A DNA stretch of 62,026 nucleotides, counting the filler, from Choristocarpus tenellus KU-1152 (taxonomy: Eukaryota; Protista; Phaeophyceae), in the NCBI GenBank assembly GCA_964200185.2. It is 7 parts of 7 records of this genome, joined end to end, with 100 filler letters (N's around TTAATTAATTAA, not from the genome) between each part and the next. Parts side by side here need not be neighbours in the genome. Positions count along the whole stretch, not along the records: positions 8,757 to 29,075 come from CAXNAD020000404.1; 6 more parts are not named here. The stretch is one strand, 5' to 3'. Of this stretch, positions 11,673 through 25,535 are shown piece after piece. Position 1 is the stretch's first letter; every line of letters begins with the position of its first letter. The notes under the pieces were generated by a model. The model was given only the letters and a program-made list of their open reading frames with translations. It was not told the origin of the DNA and did not search any database. Both the position numbers and the translations under genes were made by a program.

Positions 11673-12443
11673 TACCAATACCGATACAATATAGAAGTCC
11701 CTATTCCCCTTCTCAGTTCAACAAGGGTTACCTTCCTTTTTCCAAGTGGAAATGGTGTTTGGAGACCTGTATGATAGTAATAGGTTTTGTGTATCTATCT
11801 GTGGAAGTGTCAAAGGTGCCAAGTTCTCTGCTCAAGGGGGCAATTACAATCACCGGACTGAAACTCCTTCACCTCAGTGGGTCGGACCGAGTTTCAAAGG
11901 TCTTGGCTCAAATCTCAGAACAGATTAGTAAATCCAGAACAGAACAACACCCTCAAAACACAACAGATGTTCCCAGAATGACTGAGCAACGTCACAGCAA
12001 AGAAATGGATTAATCAGAATCGGAATGATTCTTCGTTTTGATAGTCCATTTTGGCTGTTTGGTCAAATCCGGATCTTATGGGTGTGAGTGGTTCATTGAA
12101 CTGGTCGGTATGGATGAGCTCAAATGACGTGGTTGTCGCGCAAAATTGTATATGACAGCGCGTCTTATGCATAATGTGTGTGTCGGAGATCCCAAAAAAG
12201 GAACCTGTCCCTGACAGATCATTCATTCTGTAACATGTCCCCTAATTTCAATCGGGTCACACCAATACCGATACGATACACACGTCCGATTTCAATGTTG
12301 AAGTCGCAATTACCCTTGTCAATTTAACAAGGGTTACCTTCCATTTTCCAAGTAGAAACCGTGTAAGGACACTTCTACATTACTGCTCTAGGTTTTGTGG
12401 ATCATTCTGTAACATGTCCCCTAATTTCTATCGGGTCATAGCC
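11673..12443 (+). repeat. Diverged local duplications upstream of and overlapping the peptidase start
   Basis: About 11673-11795 resembles 12260-12403 (shared ACCAATACCGATAC and AACAAGGGTTACCTTCC.TTTTCCAAGT.GAAA). About 12223-12263 resembles 12402-12443 (TCATTCTGTAACATGTCCCCTAATTTC.ATCGGGTCA). Confidence 0.75.
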
Positions 12444-15400
12444 ATAGCCGCCATATTTAGGACTCTGAATCCGTCATGCGCTACCTTGACGGAGACAGAG
12501 TCCATCTTCATGGGTGTTCCCTCTCCGCAATCAGCAAGAGAATCACTCAAGTTTATCACGTCCAAGCCCCATGTCGCTGGTACCCCAGGGGATTATGAGG
12601 TGATGTTGTGGATGATATCATTGCTATAGTGTGTGAGATCATTCTCCTGAACATCGTAGTGCACAGGCAATGGTGTGCCTATTGAGTCCAACACAGACCT
12701 GACCTGGACTTGACCACCAGTATGTTGTGGCCTCACCCGTTTTGCCTTTACGAAGCATGAGTCATCCACTCCAAGAAAGGAGGACATGAGGTTTACGGTC
12801 GTTGTTCTCTTGAACTCCTTGCCCCCCCAGATGGCGGAGTTTGTACGCGATAAAATGTTGGCAGCAGGCATACCAAGCGTGGAGATCCAACCTGTGGACA
12901 GTTTCCTCAACTACCCGGTGGACCGTGCCCTGCGACTCCATGACGCCGACACTGGCAAGTTTCTGTTCGAGGCGCCACTCGCTGAGGCTATACTCGAGGA
13001 AGATCCCACCTCAGATACGTGGTGGCGGAACCACACCTTCAATGGCTACTCTCCCTCTGGTACGGTCAACGCACCATACGTGTACGCAAACTATGGGTTA
13101 CCGCAAGATCTGGATGCCCTGGAGGAGATGGGTGTGTTTGTGGAGGGGAAGATTGTCATTACAAGATACGGTAAGAATGGAGGCCACGCCAAAGGTCCAT
13201 CAATTTCGTTTTTGGGGTGTGGGTGAGTGAGGGGGAGAATGGAATTGGATGGCATTCACTTGTCAAGGAAGTGTGTTTGCGAGCCGATCGCCCTGGCATT
13301 TTCTGTGTATACTCCTCTCACATACCAGCACATAGAATCCCAAATGCACCGATTTTGCCAGCACTGACTCCTTCCCGCTCAACCTCCCTTTTCTAGCCGC
13401 CTTGGTTCCTCCCCTTCTTTCATGGATTCGTTCATCACATTCCCTTACACTAACAATAATTCTTTCGTAACCACCAAAGGGGAATGCTTCCGAGGCCTGA
13501 AAGCTATGAATGCCGAGCGTCGAGGGGCAATGGGCCTTATTATCTACAGTGATCCGCAGCAGGATGGCTTCGGCAAGGGACCAACCTACCCTGAGGGTGG
13601 TTGGCGCCCACCGTCTGGGGTACAGCGAGGTTCAGTCCAGTTCAACTCGTTATGTGTAGGGGATCCTGCTCGTGCTGCATCTGGCAGTGAAAGCGTGGAA
13701 TCCTTGTGTGGCTATAGCAAGGATGACTTGGTGCCTTCTATCCCCGTATTATCCATATCGTATGGTGATGCTGAGCCCCTTCTGCGGGCCTTGGGAGGTC
13801 CCGTTGCCCCAGAGGGGTTCCAGGGGGGACTTGACATGGAATACACAGTGGGACCCAGCAGTACCACAGTGCTCCACCTTTACGTTAAAAATCGTGAGGT
13901 TGTGGGTCCTATTTGGAATGTGGTGGGAGTGATACCAGGGACGCTGTCAGAGCAGACACAGAAACAAGGCTCAGTGTCTTCCGACACGTCATGGTTGCTC
14001 GGAAAAGATCGACCAGTGGTGTTAGGGAATCACAGGGACGCCTGGGTGTTTGGTGCTGTTGGTAAGGTTTGATTAATGCAAAGTAGGGCAGGAGTGGTGT
14101 ATACAATTTGGAGGTTCATATCCTCCTCTGTCTGAGGGGAGAGCAGGAGGTATCTGCACCAATGAATGTCACTACAATAGAAAAAGTTCCTATCCTAGAA
14201 AAGGTGTGCAGTGGGTGACTGGGGGACTTATTTTGCGAGGAGATGCTATTTGAAAGTTTTGCCTTGGGTGTTGTAGAAGTTGGAGCACTCATCACAGGAG
14301 GAAACACTGACCAGTTGTGTTAACGTCCAGCATTTTCTCACTTCTTGCCCCCCCTTCCTGTCCTCTCCTTCATGTGCACAGATCCCAACTCAGGCACTGC
14401 TGCCTTGATTGAGGTGGCCAATGGTCTTGGAACACTGCTACAGGAGGGTTGGAACCCCCCTAGGACAGTGGTGCTTTGCAGCTGGAGTGGCGAAGAGTAT
14501 GGAATGTTGGGCAGTACTGCTTGGGGAGAGGCCAATGCCAAGGTACCATTCAGCATTTTAGAGTGCCTTGGAAGGTAGCACTTCTGCTCTCCATGCTGTG
14601 TCCTTTTTTGTGTAACCCCAACTCCAAAAGAAAGATTTAAAGATAGATTATGACCCGTCCGATTTATTGAAGACATGCTGCAGAAAGAGTGTGCAAGCCT
14701 TGCCCCCGAGTGGGAACATACTGGCCTTGGTACATGCGCACTCAGCAATCACTCTTCACATCGACTTGGAATGTAATTTTATTTTGGCAGTCAGTGATGG
14801 AGCAGATGCACACCCACATTTATTTGCTTGTTTTTTACTGTTTCATTGCACAGAGTTTAACTTTTCTCACCAATGCTGTACAGCGTCTTTTCGCCACCAA
14901 TACCTCTATATCGGTTCAGCACATCATTGAGTTCACAGTGTAGCGGTCTTGAGCCCCTTCACTTTGCTGATGTGTGATGCCACCTAAGAGTGCGGGTGTA
15001 ATTTTTTTGGGCCCCTCTATGGTTGCCTTGTGGTAGATGTGTTTTGGGCACTACTGTTGAGGGTATTTCCAGGTCAAAATCGACCTCTCCCTTGGGCGGT
15101 TTCACTCTGATGTCAACCCCCTGCTTACCGCTCAAGTAGGCTTTGTTCGTTTCCCACTCCTCCTTTTCTTTCTGGCCTTTTTTCCCTATCCCATCATGTC
15201 ATGACAACCTGTCCCATTCTAACCCTAGTTGCACCTCGCTGCCTAAAACTTTGTCCTTAGGGCATCCTGGCCAATGCTATTGCTTACCTCAATGTGGACT
15301 CGGCTGTAAGTGGCTCTTTTCTTAATGTGGGTGCCACTCCCTCCCTTCGCAGCCTGGTGGAACAGGCCCTAAGGGACGTGAGACACCCCAACTCGGAGCT

Positions 15401-18400
15401 CTCATTGGCGGAATTTTGGTCTGGAGACCTAGTTACGCTAGGGTCAGGCTCTGACTACACAGGTGTGTGAGTGAGTGCTTCCTCCAAAGGGTATGAGATA
15501 CGGTTACTGTAGTATCGCTTTGTACTTTTGTGGAGGGGGGAGTAGGTGCAATTACATGGGAAAGAAGGAGAGGCTTACATCATTGTTGGGGTTGTCAATT
15601 GTATTGACTCTGTCACTTCTCTGCTACGAGTTAGTGCTACTCTGTTGCCAGGCGATGGATAGGAAGCACAATGGAATTGCAGGGGGTGATCCAGTAAGCA
15701 TGCGGGCATGCTGTTTTGGTTTTGTGGAAGGTGAAGGTGTGCTGCGCGCGTATACCATGGCAATGCGTTTGCTGTTGGGTAATTCTGGTTATGACAACGT
15801 AAGAAGCTCGGCATTTTGTTTGAGGGGGAGCGCATTACGCCTCTGCGAACTATCTTCATGCTTCAGAAACCCAGCTGGTCTATCTTCTCTCTCTATTCTA
15901 GTTCCTCCCTGTTCGACTGAGGCTGCTTGTTGTGATTCAAGCCTACGGGAGGGTATTAAATTTCATTTTTTTTCTTTCTTGGGGGTCCTGGTAGCTAGTC
16001 ACCGCTATTTGATGCGTAACTGCCACGTTGCCTCTTATCCTGACCGAAAACCATGGCTGATTGTTGTGCTGCAGTCTCATTGTTGCATACTGCTCGCAGT
16101 ATTACCTCACCCGGAACTTGTTCCCGACATGTGTCCCCTTTGTAAAGCTTACTGCTCCACTGCTCACACGGGTACCCAATTGATCCCCTCCCTTGTCCCC
16201 CCAAACACAATGTCCCATTTCACGCAATGCTTTCTGATTCCTTTTCCTCCAGTTTTCCTGGATCACTTAGGCATAGCAAGCGTCAACTTCGAATTCCGGG
16301 CAGATGCCACCGATGAGTACGGGGTCTACCACTCTGTCTTTGACAGTTTTGCATGGATGGAGACACAGGGTGACCCAGACTTCCTCTACCATCAGGCAGC
16401 GGCACAACTGTGGGGTCTCCTGGCTCTCCGCCTCGCAGATCCCCACCCCCCTTCACACAATAGTGAGGACCAGGGGGTGAATGGTACGGGATTAGATCGC
16501 AGTTCTGGCAGCAGTGTGTCTGTCCTCCCCTTTGATCCTGTGGCCCAGGCGGAGGCCCTGGAAGAATATGTCAGTGACCTGGAAGCTCTCATCGTGGGTC
16601 CCAGGTTGGAGGGGAGGAAGAGTCGAAAATATCAAGACCAGAGTCGGAGAGAGGAGGGGTTGTCTCCTGAGGACCTTGCCCCTCTGAAGGAGGCAGTCAA
16701 AGCCTTCCGGACGGCAGCAGAAGGCGTTGCACTGGAGGTAGCCGCTGTGGGAAGGAGACCTTTGGGGAAAAGTGCTGAGTTAGTTGCACGTGGAATTGTT
16801 GAGAGTTTGTCGGTGGAGAGGCCAGAAGACAGGGACCATCCCCGAGGTCGAGGTGGCCTGACAAGAGCTATGTTGCAGGTGAAAGGAGCGGAGGTTGGAA
16901 TGGAGCAAGCAGCCAGGGATGTGGTTGAGGATCTCAATGACCGTTTGGCTTTGACAGAGCGGCGATTTCTGAGTGAAGCAGGCCTCCCAGAGCGCAAATG
17001 GTTCCGGCATGTCCTGCAGGCTCCGGGGTTATATCTGGGGTAAGCTTTGGGTATGAACTGATGGTTGTTGGATGACGGCATGAGGGGATGTATCTTTAGT
17101 GCACGTTTGCTGGTTTGATAGGATGGACACAACACGCCGTGTTATAATGGGGGGGTTAATTTCAAGTATTGATACTTTTTAGACTTAGCTACAGCTACTG
17201 CGATTTCTGTAGGTACAGTGAGTTAAGAGTGTCTATAGGTATAGTGAGTGTCTATCTTTGACGTGCTGAATTGATTAATCAGTACTGGACCGTGGAACAC
17301 CATTGGAGGAAAAGGACATGTACAAATTGTGGTGTTCAACACAAGCCATAGGGTACCATAGTATCACAATGATTGTGTGTGTGTGTTCTAGTTCCTGCTA
17401 TCCTCCAGCTTGAATTATGTTCTCCTGTTCTGTAACTCAGAGCAGGTTGATGACTTTTGAGCATCTCATTTTATTACCTGCGATACTTGCCGTTCTCAAC
17501 CTCACAAGGCTGGGGGATGCACTTCAGTGATTTGTGTCGAAATTTCTATAGCTACACTTCATAGGTAAGAAGTTTTGTCCTTTAGCATGTATAGGGTTTT
17601 TTCGCAGTACATACCGGTGAATTGAGTTTTGAAGGCTGTTGGATTGAATCCAACAGAAAATTGGTTGGAATTAAACATGATGGTCAAACAAGAGGTGCAT
17701 GCGAACACACGGCACTAGTATTGAGGGAAATTGTTGATGATTCAAAGTGAACCCATATACTACCAATGGTTTCTCCTGGTCTTATTGTCCTTCCAAACTA
17801 GATTGACAAGTACTTGATTCAAAAGATTTCATCACTGCATCACTACTCACATTCACTTCCCCATTTTCCTGGAATCTTCAGGGAAATGCTTGGGACATCT
17901 ATTTTTGATGTCATGAAACCTTTAAAATTAATTTGAATACTTTATTAAGTCAGATGAAGATGGTTTCTTACATTGAGCACCGTACATATATTTCTTACAA
18001 TTTTTTCATGGAATATTATAATATTCCTATCACTAGATTTAAGAGCTCGAGACATACTATTGAGTAATCATTAATAGAATATACTTGTCACCAGTTTGAA
18101 CTTACCATGCTACTATATATCGAGCTGATTTACCTAATGAAGGTTGCAGTAACTGCAATGCAGAGCTGCCGCCACAAATTGAAATACCACATATATTCAT
18201 TTCTGTATGCTCTCCAGTACTGTATTTGCAGTATGTCCTTTGCACCATCGCCATGACTGTAGTGCTGCGTCCCAGGCACACTACCCCTTATCACAGTAAC
18301 TGCAAAGCTGTTGCTGAACTGTATCTCTTACGTCATGAGATCGCTCTAGAGCAATCACCCCGCAACTTGGGGCGTGTGTGCAATAGACCGGTGGCAGGAG

Positions 18401-18939
18401 GTATTGGTAGTGAGTGTATCACCTCTGGCAACATAGAATTTATTGGTACTGCTTTATTATCCCACCACGGTTAGTTGTGTACCATAGAGCAACGATACAG
18501 ATACGTACGCGTATACATATGTAGTTACTTTTGAAGCAGTGGTATCGGAGAAATATGGAGGCGTGAAGAGACGAGAGGGCTTGGTGTTTGAACATGAAGA
18601 TCGAATTACAACTGTAGTTTTTTGCCTAATTGACTGCCGTTGTATGTTACGGTGTTGTTGCCTCCTCCCACTCTTCTCAATGTTATCCACCTGTTGATCC
18701 TCACACGTCCATCTCATTACCCACCGAAAGCATGCCCTGAATTGTTTTGGGTCTCAACTGCTGCGATTGTTTTGTTCTGTGTGATCGTGTGGTGAATCAG
18801 ATACGATGCCAATACTTTTCCTGGTGTGACCCAGGCGATCAGTGATCGTAAGTGGGATCTCGCTCAGGAACAGATTAAAGTGGCTGCTGCTTGCTGTACA
18901 GCTGCAGCTGATTTCTTAAGTGGGAGGGCTGGGGAGTAA
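12414..18939 (+). CDS. Glutamate carboxypeptidase II / NAALADase-like M28 metallopeptidase (PA + M28 + TfR-dimer domains); exons 12414-12599, 12831-13170, 13480-14061, 14382-14542, 15261-15462, 16253-17039, 18801-18939
   Basis: Spliced frame is continuous: [94 protein letters not shown], LNDRL...ERRFL...GLPERKWFRHV. Metal and catalytic residues appear intact. The start codon is less certain. Confidence 0.92.
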
Positions 18940-20665
18940 GCAGCAGGTGGGCGTGGAAGGAGGAAAGGCAGGATTATGTGCGTGTGTCCTTGATGTGAAA
19001 ACCTTTTTGTATATTGGCCAAGAACTTGCAAAGCTGAAGGGAAGTGTCACTTCAAGAAGCATCTTTGCTGCTATGGATTATGTAAATTGGGTGTGTATTG
19101 AAGAGGCTATGTATGTGGCTCTTTTGCCTGACGAGTTGATGCCAGGAAGGATAAGAAAGTACCACATTATTGTCACCTTTAGGAGTATGTTGCACCACGT
19201 CCTCAGTTTAGCATGAGGACATTAGCTGAGTTCTATGCACAGACGTTGTCTGTACCTTGCTTGACTTGCCACAATTTTTTGGTAGGTCTGTTGTCTGTCC
19301 TACAGTCCCCTATGCCTCCACAACAGTAGTGGATACGAAAATTTCTTTAGTACCTACGAAAATTTCCAAACTCAGATGTGGTTCAACCCGAATCTCAACC
19401 TGACATATTTTCTTAGAGGTACAGTGAGATCATACATTCTACCAAGAAACAGGTGATACAATCCACTATTGATTTATACCCTGATGGCTGGGTGCAGTCT
19501 CAGGCTTTCTATAATAGAGTGTAATGGACAACTGTACACCAGCAAATATAATGCACCTCACATACTCTCTACTAAATGTAGATTCAACATCTGAAAATAA
19601 CATTTGACCATCTAGGAGCCACCTCTTGCATTACTTCTCTTTCCATAAATTGACACATCCTGCCACCATGAAACCACACACACAGCACAATTTACCCAAA
19701 TGTTGCAAAACCCCCAAAAACTTGTATAGACTGAAAAAAGAAATTTCAGAAGTTGATGGGTGTGGGGTGAGGAAAGGACAGCTCTGCCATGACCTCTTGT
19801 AAGGTATTCAGTACCTTTGAATGATAAATGGTCCAGGGCAGAGTAGTCCAACTAGAAGAACTTCATGATCTGTTGAGACAAAGTGTGTATCCTGTATACA
19901 AGCAATATGGCAATAGGTTCACTTGCACACAAAATTCAAACCGTGCCTAAACAATTTAGACTGAAGTTCGAGTTCTCCATATTGCCTTGTTCCATGGACA
20001 TGGCACTGGCACTGAATACGTGAGGCAACAGTCCAATCTATCAAAAGATTTTTGTCGCTTGTTGATGCTCACCCAATGTTCTTGGCCCCTTGGAAAATAC
20101 TCTGACGCAAACTCTTCAATCTTTTGAGATACGCCCCAGTCAGTGTGGTATACACGAGTTTTGCTTCTTTTTTTAAGATCACGGATGACAGTCTCAAGAC
20201 TTTCCATAAGAATAAAGCAGGGAGGAGTGAAGTTGTGTCCAGTACACAGAAGCTTAACACTCAACAGGGGAGGGGCACTCTTTCCTGGCAGTGACTTAGA
20301 GTGCTCACTGAAAAGACTACTACAAATGACAGCATGAGTGATGTGAGACCAGAATAGCACAGGGAGCACAAAAAAAAATTGGCAAATGAAAACTCGATGA
20401 GGCAAGGTAAGGGCCTCAGTCTGTCTACTTCTACCACTATCAATAACTGTGCTCTCTCTAGACGAGTCAAGCATTAAGATTACATTCCTTGTCTCCCACG
20501 CATGGACTGTTGGAGGTTGGTGCAGATCCAAAGCAGCCGGCAATAAACTGCCTATCCCAGCCAGACTGCTCTAGCTATAGTCTGCATACCAATCAAGTCC
20601 TACTCGTAGGTGCTTTTCCACAGGCAGTACACCCATGGTACTCTGTAACTCTAACATCAACAGAC

Positions 20666-23600
20666 CTAGTCCGAGTCATCGAAGGTGATCTTTGTGGACT
20701 TTTTGTTCATGTCCACATCTCTAGCAAATGCTCCATAGAGTTTGTGCTCCTTCTTCTTGACATGTGTTCCAAACTTGGTTAACGCCTCTGGCACCGCCTG
20801 GTTGGCCTCCTGGAGTGAAAAATGCACCAATAACCAATAAAGTACTCGTTGAGCTACACCAGGTATTTCATTGGATACTCTCAAATATGGGTGCAAAAGG
20901 TTGGGGGGTGTCTCAGACATAGGTGATTGCAAGATATGAAGCTATGAGGACACTTTAGTTCTTCCCTAAAAAAACCACCCAAAACCACTTCCAATCTCTC
21001 TCTATAGTGTTACAACTAGTGCCTGCGTATTTACCTTTGGTGATGCATAATTCTTCATACTATGCAATTCAATCCAAAAACATAAGAAAAATAATGGATA
21101 AAAAATGCACAAAGGCTCTCTCTCAAGGTAAAATACAGAACTTAGCATCCCCCCCCCCCCCCCCCACCACTTTAGTACCTTGAGCACATTGACTAGCTCC
21201 CCTGCCCTAGCTTTGTCCCCCTGATGGAAGAATGTGTGAGACACTCCTGTCTTTCCAGCTCGCCCCGTGCGACCAATACGGTGGATGTAATCCTCTGCAC
21301 AAGAAGAAAAAAATGCAACTTCCAAGTTAGGTGGTTGGAGGGGGGGGGAGAGGGAGAGCGATGGTGGTGGTACTCATAGCAGTGACAAAACCCCCAACGT
21401 CTTGCCCACCCATTTCATCATGAGCCTTCACGAAACAGGAGAAATAATAAATTATATTCACCGAAACTATTTGACCTGCAAACCTCATTAGTACTATTCA
21501 TGACTATTGTGTGTGTGCATTGGGTTCTAAGAACTCACAGCTGAGGTGGACAGAGGTTTATTATGTATGGGGGAAGGCACTGATTGAATTGGAATGTGGT
21601 CAGGAGACTTCATGTGCAATACCATTATCAACCCTAACATTACAGGACACACCTACACAGATAAAAAACTTAGAGAAGAGGATGGTGTCAACAGCAGGAA
21701 GTGAGTCAACAGGGGGTAAAAAAAGGTCAGCATGAAATGTTCGCTCTCACCAATGGTCAATGGGAATGAGTAGTTGATCACATACTCCACATCTGGAATA
21801 TCCAGGCCCCTAGCAGCGACATCAGTTGCAACCATGAGGGGCCTCTCCTTGGACTTGAACTGCCCCAGTGCTCGCTCCCTGTCATTTTGGCCCTTGTCTC
21901 CATGAACAGATACAGCATTGAACCCCCCCCTCTGTAGGAACTGCTCCAGGCGAGCAGCCTCCTTCTTGTAAAGGGCAAAGATCAGCACCCGGTTGGTCCT
22001 GCAAGGCACATGCCGTATTTGCCATGAGAGTGCACAGGCATCATGAATTTGTGTATGGTATCAGGGGTGGTGGATGCAGTAGGGGTGCGTTTACTGTCCT
22101 AAAATTCAAAAAAAGGATATTTTAGTAGGACAGGAAGATTTTCATCTTTCTTTTAGGAAAAATATTGATGAGGATCATAAGAAGCCGAAGAAGCGATAAC
22201 CTCCTTGGGGGAGGGCAGTGCAACACAGATCTACAGCACCACCTCGAAAAACATATTACACCAGCAACAAAATAATATCAACCCTGCCACCCTCCCCAGT
22301 TCCGGTCCCACTGCTCTCACTCCACTTCCCCAACCTTCTAAACTCCTCACCTGCTCTTATGGCACTCCCTCAGCAATGCCATCAGCTTACCATCACGCTC
22401 CCTCACCTCCACTACCTCTACATACTGCGCCACTCGTACATTGGCTGTTAGATCATCTGCACCCACAGTCACCTTAGGGGTATAAAACCATGCCGAAGAA
22501 ATGCCAAGGGTGCAGGGCCGGGGGGGCCAAGTGTGGTTTCACATTGAGAACTATTTATCATGTTAATCAAACTAGCGGAAGATTAATTCTGGTGCGGGGA
22601 AGGTGCAGTTTTCTAGGGATAAGGTGGCATTCTACTAATCCACCACTTCTCTAGCTAAAGGAACGAGGTCTAGACACTGTGCCACATGCCGAGACGAGTG
22701 TTTCCTCACACAACGCGCTCCTCAAGAAGATCTACCTGTGATTCAAAAGATTCAAAAGTCAGTGACAGGTGCAGTACTCATCGCTATCATGATGTAAGTT
22801 GGGCAAAGTATCGTATGACAGAATCCACCATACATGTGTACCTGTCAACATGGCCGAATCCATTGCTGCAACGTCAACCAACCCCCCTTTGCGTCAAGCA
22901 CGGAACGGGAGTCCCTGCAATTACATGGGGCACGGACAGGAATGCTTGAGGCACGTGTAAGACTCCTCCTACAACCAATACAGAAAAACATAACCGCCAC
23001 ACCCTGATCACTCTGTGCCCATGTACATTGGAAGTCATAAAGACATCAATCACTTTTCCTGCCCCCCTTCCTTTCTGCCGAACAATCACATCTGTACCTC
23101 TATACATCTCTCTACCCCTTCTTGAACTACCTTTAAAGTGTCTACAAATGAGAGCTTCCCTTTCCCCCCCCCTTCCCCCTGCCTGACACAATTAGCCCCA
23201 CCTTCACTGGATTTGTTAGGAATTCTGATGCCAGATCACGGATGGATTTGGGCCAAGTCGCAGAAAACATGGCAGTCTGGCGTTTGACTGAGCACCAACT
23301 GATGATCTCTCGTACATCCTGCATCCCAAAGGAGACAACATTCAATGGTAAAGAAACGCAAAAAAGAAAAAAAAGAGGATGAGAGTGCACTTCCTCTGTT
23401 GAATGTGTGTGAGGCATGAGGAGGAGAGATAGCAAGGGTTGGGCATAGAGAATTGGAGTCCGTGAGCTGCTCGAACTTACACCCATGCCTGTCCAGAGAG
23501 CCAGACAAAAATGTGCATGGTTGATGGTGCATGGCATTAACTCTTGCGTGGAAACTGGTCAAGAAGGGGAATGCAACAAGATATCAAGCTCGTGATTCCA

Positions 23601-25200
23601 CTATCAGTTCTTTGTCAGCACTAACAAAGCATTGAAATGGTAGTCGCAGTGGGCAGGGTCAAGAACCTTCTGGAAGACTGGTGCGGCACAGGGAAAGTTG
23701 TCAAATGGAGGGGCCGGCTCACTAGGGGTAATGGGATGTGTTGAAAGGCCATTTGGGTAGGGCAAAGAGGTCTTGGTGAGGTATTGTGAAAATATCATCC
23801 TGCTGATGATTTCCATCTGTAGCCATATCGTGAGGATTTCATTGGCTATTTCCAGGTCCCTCAGATGGATTACTCAAGAGGATTTAGCAATACGTATTGA
23901 AGATTGAAAGAATACGGAAATAGGACGTACCAAACTGGAAAATAAAGAAGTCTCTCTGTCCAGACAAAGCCCTTATCATGTATTAAGACAAGAAATGACA
24001 ATGACAAGAACAGTTGTGGGTGCAGCAGACACAGGACGGATACATCAAAAAGCATTGTGCCCCCAGCCTCAATACACCTGTGCGCACCCTATTATTAAGT
24101 GCACTGAGCTGGCATGCTATTGCTTCTAGGAGGCAAGTCTTTCCTTCTCCATCAGCTTCTCTCACCTGCTCAAACCCCAAGTCAAGCATGCGATCTGCCT
24201 CATCTAGGACAAGGGATGTGACGTGGGAAAGATCGCATGCACCCTCACCAACCAGGTCCTTGAGCCGACCGGGCGTAGCCACCACTACCTCAACACCACC
24301 TCCCTTGCCGCCACCCAGAGCAAAACGTTGTTCTCGTTTGGGCACCCCACCGTAGATGCACGCGCATCGAATCTTGCAGTGCTTGCCCGCCTCGATGATT
24401 ACCTCTGCACTTTGAAGAGCGAGCTCGCGGGTCGGGGCTAGGACAAGCATGAAGGGTCCAGAGCCACCCACTTTGCCCTTCTTCTTTGCCCGCGCCAACT
24501 CCTTGAATATCTTGGACATAGCTGGGAGGGAGAAGGCGAGTGTCTTCCCCGATCCTGTCTCAGCGATCCCCACAATGTCGCGACCAACATTGAGCACCGG
24601 CCAGCAGTAGGCCTGAATCGGAGTCGGAGCTTCCCATCTACGGTCAGTCACGTACTTCATGACCTCTGCGGGCATACTGGCAGAAGCGAAGTCCGGCAGA
24701 GGGGTCACATCCATACCCTCCACTTTGACTGAAGCAGGTGCAGCACTACTGTCACCGCCACCTGTTGCCTCGGAGCGCTTCTTCTCCTTCTTGGCTCGTT
24801 TCTTGGCCTTACTGTCCACTGCAGCATCAGAGTCGGCTTCACTTTCACGTTTATCCGTTCCCTTTTTCTTCCTCTTCTTCCCCTCGCTCTGTTTACCATC
24901 CTCCCCCCCCAACACAGTCTCTACTCCACTTGCAAGCTCAGCATCGCTGCATTGCGCTTTTCCTCCGTCCTTAGCAGTAGCTACCTCCCCCCCTCCATCC
25001 ACATCTTCACGCTTCTTCCTCTTCTTTTTCTTTTTGGACGCCTTTGTCGAGGATGTTGTGATGGTTGTGTTGTCCGTCACATCATCTACTCCTTTTGACT
25101 TCTCTTCTTCTAGCTTCTGTGCCTTCTTGAGCGCTTTTTTCTTCCTCTTACGCTCCTCCTTGCTGAGCTTACCGTCTTTTGGGGGGACTTCTTCTGCCAT
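20666..25200 (-). CDS. DBP3: DEAD-box ATP-dependent RNA helicase DBP3; exons 25200-24166, 23318-23202, 22472-22351, 21998-21751, 21294-21179, 20809-20666
   Basis: Lys-rich N-terminus, [54 protein letters not shown] and the DBP3-type tail [35 protein letters not shown]. All introns are GT-AG with consistent phase. Confidence 0.93.
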
Positions 25201-25535
25201 TGCCGTTGACGGAGTGGCGACAGTACCTTTTATCACACCTTGTGTTGAGGGTGACTGACACTGGCCGCAAACACGATACCAAAATAGAGGCGTTTTTTCG
25301 ACGTATGCTTCTGAAATAGGAGAACCTCCTTTCGTCCCCAAGATTTTATTCACTCTAACTTGGAAAGGTAGAGGGTGCAGCTACCATTTCCACCCACGGC
25401 GTCTGCGTTAGTGAAGCATCTGCCCACTGGGCAGCAACCTTTAGTCTTCTGCAGGAGGTCGCGTAGGTCATAGCGTTGGACTTGTGAAGCACGGGCTTAG
25501 GGTTAGTTGACACTCTATATTAGTTGTCAACTAAG

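Noticed and set aside
15475-16252. N-terminal half of the 522-aa ORF
   Set aside because: It is intron 5 of the peptidase, open by chance. Similarity starts at the acceptor (16253), and intron retention hits TGA immediately.
24014-25258. Plus-strand ORFs overlapping DBP3 (similarly those over AIP1 and the peptidase)
   Set aside because: Antisense or alternate-frame shadows of real exons.
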